Made by a program: the position numbers and the translations under genes. Below, in pieces: positions 1 through 9,485 of a stretch of DNA of 64,000 bases (positions within the stretch are counted from its first letter, which is position 1; every line of letters begins with the position of its first letter). The notes below the pieces were generated by a model. That model did no database searches. It was given only the letters and a program-made list of their open reading frames with translations, and was not told the origin of the DNA. The DNA is from Eubacterium sp. Its GTDB lineage: Bacteria; Bacillota; Clostridia; Lachnospirales; Lachnospiraceae. Location of the stretch: the NCBI RefSeq assembly GCF_047245525.1, contig NZ_JBKTQL010000005.1; one strand, written 5' to 3'.

Positions 1-811
1 CACTTCCAAGGCTTCTGCCTTCAATTTTGAAATTTGAAAATCCCATTGGTAAATAAACATTTCTAATATCATTCATTCCAATAAATCCCGGATTTTCCAT
101 TGCCTTAGAAAAACTGTATCCGTTATTTACGCTGGGGGCTGAACACTGATGGTCCGGACAGTTGTCTCCCAGATTTTTGTGGCTGACATTTTCGTAACAC
201 TTTTTTCTGTCCTGACACCCAACCCAGCAACATTCGTTACACAAAAACTCCACCTTATCTTTTAGGATTTCCGACATTTTATTTAGTTGTTCAAATTCCT
301 TATTCAGGCGAAAATCCGGTACAACATAAAGAAAATCCTCTCTTTTTACTTCCTTAATAAATTGCTCAAACTCCGTCAGCACCTTTGTTGTTGAAGACAC
401 AAAATAAAACCCCGGATAGTTCTTTTTCAAATAATCCAACAGTAATTCTGAATGAACAATAACTCCATTCTTTACTATTTCACTTTTTTCAAACATTTTG
501 CAAATCTCATTGCATTTACTATCCGAAAGATGTTCCTTCTTAAGCAGTGAATTGCTAAATGTAAGTCTTGCTGAAATTCCATATTCCTGCATTAATTCAA
601 GTACATCTTCAGGGGCGTGATTTCCGAATCCTGCCCGTCCTCCACCCCAGATGCAATCTACCGGGGCACCATATATAGAACCTATATCGCACCAATCATA
701 AAAATATTCCCTATGCTCCCGAAAGATTGACAAAAACACCTTATACAATTCGTAAAACTCAAACAGTCCCGGGAGATGGTAGTATGCTATGTCTTTTTTT
801 AATTTGCTCAT
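1..811 (-). CDS. Conserved hypothetical Cys-rich protein, distantly U32-peptidase-like (3' end runs off window)
   Basis: Manual translation from ATG at 811: MSKLKKDIAYYHLPGLFEF...CNECCWVGCQDRKKCY...FSNFKIEGRSLGS. KIEGR plus a Cys cluster resembles the U32 family. Absent from the ORF track because truncated. Confidence 0.7.
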   Translation of the reverse strand, partial: MSKLKKDIAYYHLPGLFEFYELYKVFLSIFREHREYFYDWCDIGSIYGAPVDCIWGGGRAGFGNHAPEDVLELMQEYGISARLTFSNSLLKKEHLSDSKCNEICKMFEKSEIVKNGVIVHSELLLDYLKKNYPGFYFVSSTTKVLTEFEQFIKEVKREDFLYVVPDFRLNKEFEQLNKMSEILKDKVEFLCNECCWVGCQDRKKCYENVSHKNLGDNCPDHQCSAPSVNNGYSFSKAMENPGFIGMNDIRNVYLPMGFSNFKIEGRSLGS

Positions 812-894
812 ATGCAAACTGTTTCCCTTCTTAATGTTTTCTTTCATCTACAACACTATGTATTATCCCATTTTAACATAACTCCCAACAAAAA

Positions 895-958
895 AGGAAC
901 AGGCAATTGTTAAAATCCGTACCCCTGCGGGTAACCTAAACAACAACTACCTGTTCCT
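895..958. repeat. Intergenic imperfect stem-loop
   Basis: AGGAACAGG...CCTGTTCCT outer stem enclosing TACCC-CTGC-GGGTA hairpin. Confidence 0.55.
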
Positions 959-978
959 CTTATTTGCATTTATATGTT

Positions 979-1662
979 TTACAGCTTATATCTAATCCAA
1001 ACTGCATCGCTGGCAAACTTTTTAACGTCCATTAATTTTAAATGAATTAATGGATGATTCATCTTCAAGCCGTCGAATACGGAAGGCATTTCCTCTCTTC
1101 CATCAATTCCTGCCCCCATGAGAATGCTTATTTCATCTAGAAGACCTTCATCTAAAAATGCTGTATTAATAGCCGATCCTCCGACAATGCCCATTCGCCC
1201 AACACCAAATTCATTAGCAAGAATCTCGCTTGCTCCGGCAAGATTTATTTTTTCCTTTCCACAAACAATCCATGAAATATTCTGCTTATTAAGATATTCC
1301 AAATACTCCTTTGTAACCTGCTCACTGGTAATAATCAGATAGGGCTTTTCCATACCTGATGCATCAGGCCAGAGCAATTTCCCTTTTGTATCCACAACCA
1401 CTTCATACCCTTTGGCATCACTTTTCTTCGAAAAGCCCTCTTTTCCAAAAACTTCCTTATCTTTGGGTTCAAAAAATCCCGGCTCTGCCAATTCCAGTTC
1501 AGCAGTCACTCTTCCACTTACTGTCGTTGGAATGTTAAGTTCATTAAGGGTTCCATAATAATCATCTACACCCGGCAATTGTGATGTCATTGCACAATCA
1601 ATTCTTCCATCCACAGATGTCATCATATGACAAATAATATATGGTTTCTTCATTGCTTTCAC
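979..1662 (-). CDS. RibD C-terminal domain / dihydrofolate reductase family protein
   Basis: PYIICHMMTSVDGRI N-terminus; GG..IN..FL..GL.DE motif. Confidence 0.85.
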   Translation of the reverse strand: MKAMKKPYIICHMMTSVDGRIDCAMTSQLPGVDDYYGTLNELNIPTTVSGRVTAELELAEPGFFEPKDKEVFGKEGFSKKSDAKGYEVVVDTKGKLLWPDASGMEKPYLIITSEQVTKEYLEYLNKQNISWIVCGKEKINLAGASEILANEFGVGRMGIVGGSAINTAFLDEGLLDEISILMGAGIDGREEMPSVFDGLKMNHPLIHLKLMDVKKFASDAVWIRYKL

Positions 1663-1674
1663 TCTCCTCTACTA

Positions 1675-1761
1675 TTACAGTTTTTCACCATAGACAGGGA
1701 ATGCTCCGCTGTCACCATAACTCTCAATATGTTTAAAATTCTTTAAAATTTCCATATCTTC
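1675..1761 (-). pseudogene. C-terminal remnant, probably of an aldo/keto reductase
   Basis: Translates EDMEILKNFKHIESYGDSGAFPVYGEKL*, resembling C-termini of clostridial aldo/keto reductases; in-frame stop immediately upstream. Confidence 0.5.
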
Positions 1762-1864
1762 CTAATATGTATTCCCACCTCCCTTATGGCGGCGGCTATT
1801 CGTCGGAAACATTTACCAAAAATGAACTTCGTTCATTTTGTTTCCTCCTCGAATTTATATTTGT

Positions 1865-1895
1865 ATACTACAACTTAAACTTAACTTTAAGTCAA
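1865..1895 (-). promoter_or_regulatory. MerR-type (AdhR/NmlR-like) promoter with operator
   Basis: Minus strand TTGACT-19 nt-TAGTAT, with near-palindrome CTTAAAG-TTAA-GTTTAAG overlapping the -35 and spacer. Confidence 0.7.
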
Positions 1896-1996
1896 GAGAT
1901 TTTTACCAATAATCTCCTATTGAACAAATATTACAAAATTGTTACAATTCATTTTGTAATTGGCCAGTACAAATTCAAAATAAGGAGGACGTAACT

Positions 1997-2068
1997 ATGT
2001 GTTTTAAATTCAATAGTTGTTCCGAGTTATTTAATACTCTTTGCAACTTTTTTAACTTTGGTTGTTAA
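1997..2068 (+). CDS. Small Cys-rich peptide (23 aa)
   Basis: AAGGAGG 8 nt upstream of ATG; MCFKFNSCSELFNTLCNFFNFGC*; followed by hairpin 2085-2132. Confidence 0.55.
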   Translation: MCFKFNSCSELFNTLCNFFNFGC

Positions 2069-2084
2069 TTAATTATCTATAATA

Positions 2085-2132
2085 AAAATGCGGATAAAAC
2101 AGGAGCCTTTGCTTCCATTTTATCCGTATTTT
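2085..2132. terminator. Probable bidirectional terminator
   Basis: AAAATGCGGATAAAA...TTTTATCCGTATTTT inverted repeat between convergent ORFs. Confidence 0.65.
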
Positions 2133-2157
2133 CAATTCATATTAAGTTTACATAATT

Positions 2158-2463
2158 TTAGCCCTGCAATCCATTGGACTGTCTAATCATGTCCTCCACA
2201 ACAATGTCATAAATTTCCCCAACTGTGTTGCAATATTCCAACACTTTCCATGGTTCATTTGTATGGAAATGAATTTTCACTAAATCCTCATCTCCTGCTG
2301 CAATCAAACTGTTTCCCTCGAAATGCTCTGTAATATAGTCTGCAATTTCATCCTCATCCAAATCTTTATCTCTTCTGTCAATTAATAACTGTGTATCATA
2401 ACGATACGCAAACTGATCATCTTCTGCATCAATTGAATTAACTCCCATTTTCTGATCCTCCAT
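2158..2463 (-). CDS. Stand-alone DAK2/FakA middle-domain-like protein
   Basis: SLIAAGDEDLVKIHFHTNEP..VLEY motif; start trimmed to MEDQK. Confidence 0.7.
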   Translation of the reverse strand: MEDQKMGVNSIDAEDDQFAYRYDTQLLIDRRDKDLDEDEIADYITEHFEGNSLIAAGDEDLVKIHFHTNEPWKVLEYCNTVGEIYDIVVEDMIRQSNGLQG

Positions 2464-2540
2464 TGTATATTTCCCTACACATATTACCACATATATCCCA
2501 AACTCTAAAGTATAAATATCTATGCGGACATATTTTTTCA

Positions 2541-3239
2541 TTACTTTATCTTCAATGTTCTTAAATAAGTTTTCTGCTCATCCATTATTCTATAGCTTTC
2601 AATAGCCTTTTGAATAGTCTTATTATGGGTCCATACATCAAGACGTTTTTTCTCAACAAAAGGAATAATCTGCTCATATTGTTTTGCCAGCGCCGTAGCA
2701 AAATACCATGCTCTCATCATGTTTACATAATATTCTTCTGAGCGAATATCCGCCACCTTATCCGGGTATTCAATATTAAATTCATCTTCCAGATAATATT
2801 TCATAAGCATGCTTATTCCAAAACGAATAATATATGTATGTTCTGATTCCATAAATTTATAAATTTCTTTTATAAATACATCCAAATGCTTCTTCACCAA
2901 CCGGAGGGCAAGCAAATCGCAGGTTGCCCAATTGTCTATATATGGAAGAAATCTCTTAAGCTCCACCAGACATTCATCATAATCTTTTATCTGCTCAATC
3001 AAAAGTCCATGTAAATTATTTTCCTCATAATACTGATGAGGAAGTTTCTTTATAAATAGTTTTGACTCTTCTGTCTTCCCGAATTTTTTAGCAAATCCGC
3101 GAAGCGCAGGTGTTCTGACTCCAATAATTTTTTCCTTTTCCATTGTAGGAATTAGTTTTGCATGAAAATCCCTGTATTTTAAATCCTGTAATTCAAAAAG
3201 TTCCTGTCGTACTCCCTTTTGTACTTCTTCTATATTCAT
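2541..3239 (-). CDS. DNA alkylation repair protein (AlkD-like)
   Basis: IGVRTP.LR, IDNWATCD, EEYYVNMMRAWYFATALAK motifs. Confidence 0.85.
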   Translation of the reverse strand: MNIEEVQKGVRQELFELQDLKYRDFHAKLIPTMEKEKIIGVRTPALRGFAKKFGKTEESKLFIKKLPHQYYEENNLHGLLIEQIKDYDECLVELKRFLPYIDNWATCDLLALRLVKKHLDVFIKEIYKFMESEHTYIIRFGISMLMKYYLEDEFNIEYPDKVADIRSEEYYVNMMRAWYFATALAKQYEQIIPFVEKKRLDVWTHNKTIQKAIESYRIMDEQKTYLRTLKIK

Positions 3240-3243
3240 ATAT

Positions 3244-3912
3244 TTACTCCTGTATTTTTTCTCCAACAATTTCCAATGTATCACTTCCTACCTGACACAT
3301 ATACAGTATAACCTTAACCCCGGCTTTTTGTGCAACTTCCAGCACCTCTCCAAATTCCGGATGAGTTTCTATGTTAGGACGAACCTCGGTCACCCCTTCC
3401 ATTTGAACAACAAACGCAACTGCACATTGGTACCCAAGTTTTTGTGCCTTTGTAAGCTCTTTCAAATGTTTCACCCCTCGCTCCGTAGGTGCATCAGGAA
3501 AATATCCTATTCCATTTTTCTCCAACGTACATCCCTTGACTTCCATAAGGTACTCCACATCTCCTTTTTTCATATAGAAGTCAATTCTCGAATCACCATA
3601 CTTATATTCCGGTTTAATATAATCGTAATCCTTTCCTTCCAGCCACTCTTTTACCACTTTGTTAGGTGCCTGACTGTCCATATTAATCCAGCCGAACCCC
3701 TTCTTATTCACTGCCACTATATCATACAAGGTTTTTCTGTTAGGATTGTCGGACTCTTCAAGCCGTACCTCCGTCTCCGGCAACAAAAGTTCCTTACATC
3801 GTCCTGTATTCTTAACATGTACTGTATTTACAACTCCGTCTATTTCCACATGGGCAATAAATCTATTGGGTCTATCTATAAATTTACCATTGACAATTTT
3901 TCTGTATTTCAA
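3244..3912 (-). CDS. sfsA: DNA/RNA nuclease SfsA
   Basis: RPNRF, HVKNTGR, SRIDF, EVKGCTL, FPDAPTERGVKHL motifs. Confidence 0.92.
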   Translation of the reverse strand: MKYRKIVNGKFIDRPNRFIAHVEIDGVVNTVHVKNTGRCKELLLPETEVRLEESDNPNRKTLYDIVAVNKKGFGWINMDSQAPNKVVKEWLEGKDYDYIKPEYKYGDSRIDFYMKKGDVEYLMEVKGCTLEKNGIGYFPDAPTERGVKHLKELTKAQKLGYQCAVAFVVQMEGVTEVRPNIETHPEFGEVLEVAQKAGVKVILYMCQVGSDTLEIVGEKIQE

Positions 3913-4113
3913 ATATTGCCTGCCTTTCTTATCCTTTGCTATTTTTTTATATACTTCGTGCCTCTTCCCCTGCCTTCAACTGCAAAAACAATCGTAAAAA
4001 AATACGACTGTTTTTGGTTATAAATTCCTGCCTAACCGTCCTGAATATTCCTAATGAGTTCTTTTACTTCCGGCAAATAATCTTTTCCATCTATGATTTT
4101 CATCATATCTCTT

Positions 4114-5115
4114 CTACCTTATTATAATATAAACCACATATGCTGCATAAAACGCAACCATACATAGTCCTTCCATTCTTCCGATTTTTCTTTTGGTTCC
4201 TGCAAATATCCATACACACACTGTAAATACTACAAGAACACACAAATCAATAATATTTTCAGCAACTATGCTGATTGGACTGATTGCTGATGCAACACCA
4301 AGTACCATAAATATGTTAAATACATTTGAACCAATGGCATTGCCAAGTGCCATATCAACTTCATTCTTTCGGGCTGCAACTATTGAAGTTACAAGTTCTG
4401 GAAGCGATGTTCCTATTGAAACAATTGTAAGTCCGATAAGCGTCTGACTCATTCCAAGGTCACCTGCTATTCTTGATGCGGCATCTACAGTCATATCTCC
4501 GCCGATTGCAATTGCAATTGCTCCGCCAACTATGAACAAGATACTCATAGGAACTGAAATAAGCTTAATATCCTCGTCTGAACCGCCTTCAATCTCAACC
4601 TTCCTGCCTTCTTTACTTGCTTTTAATGCAGTCTTAATCAGATGGAAAATGTACACTGCAAAAGCACATAGGAATATAATGCCATCAAAATGTCCAAGTA
4701 TCATTCCTTCTTTATCACCTAATCCAATTTTCCCTAAAAGCAGCAAAAAGCCGGCACAAACGAGAGAAATCGGGATATCTCTTTTTATTGTTTCTTCTGC
4801 AACATTTACCGTAGTAATCATTGCACACACACCAATAACAACCATCAGATTAAATATGTTGGAACCAACTACATTACTTACAGCAAGTTCATTATTACCT
4901 GTAAGTGAAGCCGATACGCTGACCGCTGTCTCCGGAAGCGATGTTCCCATTGCAACAATTGTAAGTCCGATAATTATAGACGGAACATGTAGTCTCTTTG
5001 CTACACTTGAACTTCCTTCAACGAAAAAATCTGCTCCTTTAATAAGCAGCACAAACCCCATTACAAGAAATATAAGTACAAGTGCAAATGGAGCGTTGTT
5101 AATGAATTTTTCCAT
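4114..5115 (-). CDS. Calcium/sodium antiporter (YrbG/CaCA family)
   Basis: Two GTSLPE alpha repeats and GSNIFN/GSNVFN; start set at MEKFINN downstream of a GGAGG RBS. Confidence 0.9.
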   Translation of the reverse strand: MEKFINNAPFALVLIFLVMGFVLLIKGADFFVEGSSSVAKRLHVPSIIIGLTIVAMGTSLPETAVSVSASLTGNNELAVSNVVGSNIFNLMVVIGVCAMITTVNVAEETIKRDIPISLVCAGFLLLLGKIGLGDKEGMILGHFDGIIFLCAFAVYIFHLIKTALKASKEGRKVEIEGGSDEDIKLISVPMSILFIVGGAIAIAIGGDMTVDAASRIAGDLGMSQTLIGLTIVSIGTSLPELVTSIVAARKNEVDMALGNAIGSNVFNIFMVLGVASAISPISIVAENIIDLCVLVVFTVCVWIFAGTKRKIGRMEGLCMVAFYAAYVVYIIIR

Positions 5116-5138
5116 CAGTTTCCTCCCTTTCATTTTCT

Positions 5139-5335
5139 AGTAGTGTCAAATACTACCTTATTTTTTCTTACTAAAACCTTTATTTTCAGGGAGTTTGCAA
5201 TAAAAAGAGCATTGACCTCCCTTTTCTGGTATAATGTCAACGACGAAATCAACTTTATACAAAGACAAAGGAGACAATGCTCATGAACATTATACTTTAT
5301 TTACTTCAATTAATTCAATACCTTTACCAACAAAA
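5139..5335 (+). mobile_element. Left end and first ~17 codons of a DDE transposase element (truncated)
   Basis: Begins TAGTAGTGTCAAA; ORF at 5283 MNIILYLLQLIQYLYQQ resembles N-termini of clostridial DDE transposases (from recall); cut by the next element. Confidence 0.5.
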
Positions 5336-6680
5336 GGTCGCATAAATTTGTTGTCGGAAAATACATGATAGAGAATTCCTCATGTTCGTATCGAAGTACT
5401 AGAACACTATCTATGATAATCCAACTGACATTTATTGTCAAAAATATCTTTTTGTTCTGCTTAGCTGTATTTTATCTGACTTCTTACAAGTTCCAGCATA
5501 CTGTTCTTGTTATAATGCCACTCTCTGAGTCTTGCCATTTTTGATGCACCCAGTCTGCTCCAACCCAGAGCAAGTGTACTCATTCGCGATGACAATACAT
5601 GACTTACATGCCCTTCGGCACTGCATGCACACACGCCATTTCTTCTCCAAAGTCGTCTTTTGGCCGCTGTCCAGTTATTTTTGATATACTTTGCAGCTTC
5701 CTGAATTCTTTTGAGCTGACTCTCTGTTTTTGCGCATCCTTCTAATCTTTCTACTATTTCATAGAATTCTTTCTTTGTTCCATCTCTTATGATTTTGCAT
5801 ACTTCGACTCTTGCATCTTCTTTGCTGTCCAACATATGTGATGTCATTTTTAACACATATTTGCTTAGATGAAATTCATCCAATACATACTCTATGCTTC
5901 TGAGCTGGTTCATTTCCTCTTTAATCCATGCTCCACCATCTGAATTAATATAAATTTTCTTTATGCCTTCCATATCATATGCTGTATGAACATAGCGTCT
6001 TATCCTTGCCCAGAATTCTTTGTTTGATTCATCACATCCACTGCAAAAATATTTTGTGTTTATCAACTTGTTTCGTTTTCTTCCCGGTGCTTCAGGCGCA
6101 ACTCCCTCATACACATATACGAGTTTTGTTATTGCTCCATTCTTTTTTCTTCCATTTTCACTTACTTCCAGGTCGCCTTTTTTCTCTTGGAATTGCAGAG
6201 CGTAGTGGTCCTCATCTGCATCAATATAAAGATAATCCACTTTCTTTTTCTCTGGCTCTTCCGGTATTATTTCAGGAAATTTTGTTTTGTGAAGCATATC
6301 TTTTACCGCGGTTTTGCTTATACTGTCCGATTCGTTTACAGACTCTCCTCCACGTCTATAAGAAGTCTGTACAGCTTCTTCGTATACTTTTACCATTGCA
6401 TCTTCTGTAAGCCGTTGATTTTCTTCAAATCCCATTACCTTATCTAGAAGATAGCACATCTCAAACTTCCCATCTTCATTCTTTTCTTTTGATACATAAA
6501 GTGTTTTCATAAAAGATACAGTACCAAGAGTTGTAATTAAATCTTTCTCGCAATCTTTCTTCTCAACATGCCAGTTCATCTTTCTTTTAAAGTTTTTTGT
6601 AGTAATTAATACTTTATCACACAGTAAGGGGCTCCTCTTATTTTTTTGTTTTATTTTCCGACTAAAAATTTACGCTAGCC
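5336..6680 (-). mobile_element. ISLre2-family insertion sequence, degenerate
   Basis: Imperfect terminal IRs GGTCGCATAAATTTGTTGTCGGAAAATA (5336-5363) and TATTTTCCGACTAAAAATTTACGCTAGCC (6652-6680) flank a UPF0236-like transposase. Confidence 0.8.
5461..6579 (-). pseudogene. ISLre2/UPF0236 transposase, apparently N- and C-terminally truncated
   Basis: YIDADEDH, SDGGAWIK, LDEFH, SAEGHVSHVLSSRM motifs; reading frame from the RBS-proximal GTG stops after 4 codons. Confidence 0.75.
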
Positions 6681-6711
6681 TTTTCTTCTCAAGACTGGCT
6701 ATATCCTTCTC

Positions 6712-6786
6712 AATAGCTTGCTGTATGAATCTATCTGTTACTGTTGGTACTCCTAGGTTTCTGACACCGCCATCAGGCTTTGGAAT
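6712..6786 (-). pseudogene. 25-codon fragment of a group II intron reverse transcriptase/maturase
   Basis: IPKPDGGVRNLGVPTVTDRFIQQAI, the RT1-RT2 signature of LtrA-like proteins. Confidence 0.8.
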
Positions 6787-7419
6787 CTTGGCATACAAAG
6801 TAAAAATGAGACCTCCCATAATGGAAAATCTCTACCTTTTGGCACTGGTTTTACGCCCTTATTATTCAATTCCTAAATGTACACTTTTCGGCGCCACCTC
6901 CTTAAAATGGGTATAAAAAAGAAGTTGTGAAGTGCAATGTCATTAAGTTAACATTGTATAATAGTTGACTCAAAAGTAAAATGGTAGGAGAGTTTTGTAC
7001 TTTCCTGCCATTTTGCATTTTTAATCATGCTAATTAGACAGATTTGCATCTGCCTAAAAAAAATTCCATTTTTGTAAATTTATGCTACTCTATATAGGAA
7101 ACCATGAAAGACTTTGGTCGTAAGATTTCTTTTACGATCTGTGCATACACCATTGATGAAGTTATGGGTAGGAATAACCTTGATTATGGTATGTGCGAGT
7201 TCTATCGTAGTGTCATTGCTTATACCCGTTCTCAGCCTGTGATAGCAGAACAGCACCTGCTTAACGCAGATGCCGTCTTTCATGCTGTTATGAACGAGAA
7301 ACCGGCATATTCAACAATTTGTATTAAAAATAGTAATCGCAATATTCCAAAGTTTCTTCCAAAAACTGTTCCAGCATATCAAGATCACGGTACATTCCGT
7401 GGTTACAATTTGGGAACTC

Positions 7420-7508
7420 GAAATAGTCAATGATTTCAGCATTACCTTAAAAGGCTCTATATAGTTTTTATCAAAGGTTACGAGCAAATTTATTTTTTCT
7501 TTCTTTAT
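7420..7508 (-). pseudogene. N-terminal remnant of a glycosyltransferase family 8 gene
   Basis: IKKEKINLLVTFDKNYIEPFKVMLKSL; ATA where a start codon is expected; similarity stops after about 27 codons. Confidence 0.55.
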
Positions 7509-7520
7509 AAGTACCTTCTA

Positions 7521-7970
7521 TTATGCAATATGTTTTTCATTACAATGTAGACGCTTTGCCGCATCCTCTTTTACAAGTTCGACGGCAACAGCAGCCAACG
7601 TAATGAAGAAAATAATACCAATAATTCCAAATAATTTGCCGCCTATCATAGCTGCGATCAACGTGTACAATGGTGGTAATCCTACAGAACCGCCTACAAC
7701 TCTTGGATAAATAAACTGGTTCTCCACAAATTGTGTCACACTATAAACCATCAAACATCTTATCACTAACGACGGGTCCACCAGCAAAGTAAGAAAAATA
7801 CTTACCGCACTGGAAATAAATGCCCCAACATAGGGAATAATGGCACATACCGCAGTCAGCACACCGACCAGACTTCCATATGGCAACTTAAAAATCGAAA
7901 ATGTAATGCACATAAGAATGCCAAGGATAACTGCCTCCGTACACTGTCCAGTCAGGAAATTACCAAAATA
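7521..7970 (-). pseudogene. AI-2E family transporter, C-terminal part only
   Basis: FLTGQCTEAVILG...IPYVGAFI...QFVENQFIYPRVVGGSVGLP; N-terminal half absent. Confidence 0.8.
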
Positions 7971-7983
7971 ACGCCTTCCTTTC

Positions 7984-8038
7984 TTAGTCCGATTTCGGAT
8001 ACTTGCTATATATTAGTCTGATTTCGGATACTTATCAA
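7984..8038 (-). promoter_or_regulatory. Promoter with tandem 21-bp operator repeats
   Basis: TTAGTC(C/T)GATTTCGGATACTT at 7984-8004 and 8013-8033; minus-strand TTGATA-17-TAATAT overlaps them. Confidence 0.65.
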
Positions 8039-8111
8039 TCCAATACTTATTATTTTTTTATAAACAAAAATAGCCGTCAAGAAGAAAATTTCCCCTTAAC
8101 GACTATATAAA

Positions 8112-9482
8112 CTACGATTCAATCTTGTTCATCGCTTTCCTAAACTGGAAATAAAACAAAATTGCAGTAAAGGTTACTGCTATGAAATCTGCTACCGGCT
8201 CTGCAAGGTAAACACCCATGGTTTTGTCTGGAACCATATGTGGCATAATATAAATCAATGGTAACAGCAGAATAAATTTTCTTGTAACTGCCACAATGAT
8301 AGAACTTGTCGCATTGCCAAGAGCTGTAAAGGTCATCTGGCATGCAATCTGAATACCAAATAAAAACATGACTGCCATATAGATACGCAGAGCTTTTGAT
8401 GCGAACTCGATCATCGCTGTTTCCGGAGTAAAAATGCTCACAAAGAATTGTGGCATAAACATTACAGCCAGCCAAAGTGTGACAGAATAAATCAGGTTTA
8501 CTGTTAATAAAACACGAAAAGTCCTTTTTACACGTTCCGTATTGTTTGCTCCATAATTATAGCTTGTAATTGGCTGCGCTCCCTGTGCAATTCCCTGTAA
8601 AGGAAGCATTGCAAACTGCATGACACTGGTAAGAATCGTCATTGCACCTACCGCAATATCTCCGCCATATTTCAGCAGGGAAGAATTGAAGCATACGGAT
8701 ATAACGCTCTCACTCGCCTGCATAATAAATGCTGCGGTTCCAAGTGCTATGCATGGGAACACAACTTTAGGCTTAATATTCAGATTCTTACGTTTCAGTC
8801 TAAGTATTGATTTCTTACTACACAAAAATGCCACAACGACGATACATGAAACTGCCTGTGAAATAACAGTTGCCAAAGCAGCACCACGCACACCCATATT
8901 CAATCCGAAAATCATAATCGGGTCGAGAGCGATATTCAAAGTTGCACCGATTGCGACGGAAACCATGGACACTTTTGTAAATCCTTCAGCAGTTACAAAT
9001 GCGTTCATTCCCAATGTCAGCTGCACAAACAATGTTCCAAGCGCATATATGTTCAAATAGGAAACAGCATATTCAATCGTATTTTCACTGGCTCCAAAAG
9101 CTAACAGCAAATTTTCTCCAAACAGTAAAAGTACCACTGTCAGAACGATTGAAACAATTACCTGTAAAAGAAAACATCCACCAAGCGTTTGCTCTGCACT
9201 GTCCATATCGCCTTTTCCCATCGAGATAGAAGCACGTGGCGCACCTCCTGAACTTACAAGTCCTGCAAATGCCGACACAATCATAATAATAGGCATAGTC
9301 ACACCGACACCCGTCAGAGCAAGACTACCTGCATCCGGTATATGACCGATAAAGATCCTATCAACAATGTTATACAACATATTGATCAACTGTGCTATCA
9401 CCGTAGGAATTGCCAACTTAAAAAGCAGTTTTCCAACGGGCTGCGTACCTAAAAAATCCTTGCTATTTTCCACGATAAACAT
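8112..9482 (-). CDS. MATE family efflux transporter
   Basis: LYNIVDRIFIGH motif, about 12 TM segments, internal two-fold repeat. Confidence 0.92.
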   Translation of the reverse strand: MFIVENSKDFLGTQPVGKLLFKLAIPTVIAQLINMLYNIVDRIFIGHIPDAGSLALTGVGVTMPIIMIVSAFAGLVSSGGAPRASISMGKGDMDSAEQTLGGCFLLQVIVSIVLTVVLLLFGENLLLAFGASENTIEYAVSYLNIYALGTLFVQLTLGMNAFVTAEGFTKVSMVSVAIGATLNIALDPIMIFGLNMGVRGAALATVISQAVSCIVVVAFLCSKKSILRLKRKNLNIKPKVVFPCIALGTAAFIMQASESVISVCFNSSLLKYGGDIAVGAMTILTSVMQFAMLPLQGIAQGAQPITSYNYGANNTERVKRTFRVLLTVNLIYSVTLWLAVMFMPQFFVSIFTPETAMIEFASKALRIYMAVMFLFGIQIACQMTFTALGNATSSIIVAVTRKFILLLPLIYIMPHMVPDKTMGVYLAEPVADFIAVTFTAILFYFQFRKAMNKIES

Positions 9483-9485
9483 CTC

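Noticed and set aside
6712..6786. Functional retron, DGR or group II intron
   Set aside because: Only 25 RT codons remain; no catalytic YADD and no recognisable intron RNA domains or template/variable repeats.
7080..7433. ORFs 7104-7433 (+) and 7080-7283 (-) as genes
   Set aside because: No recognisable family or clear RBS; they lie among deletion remnants.
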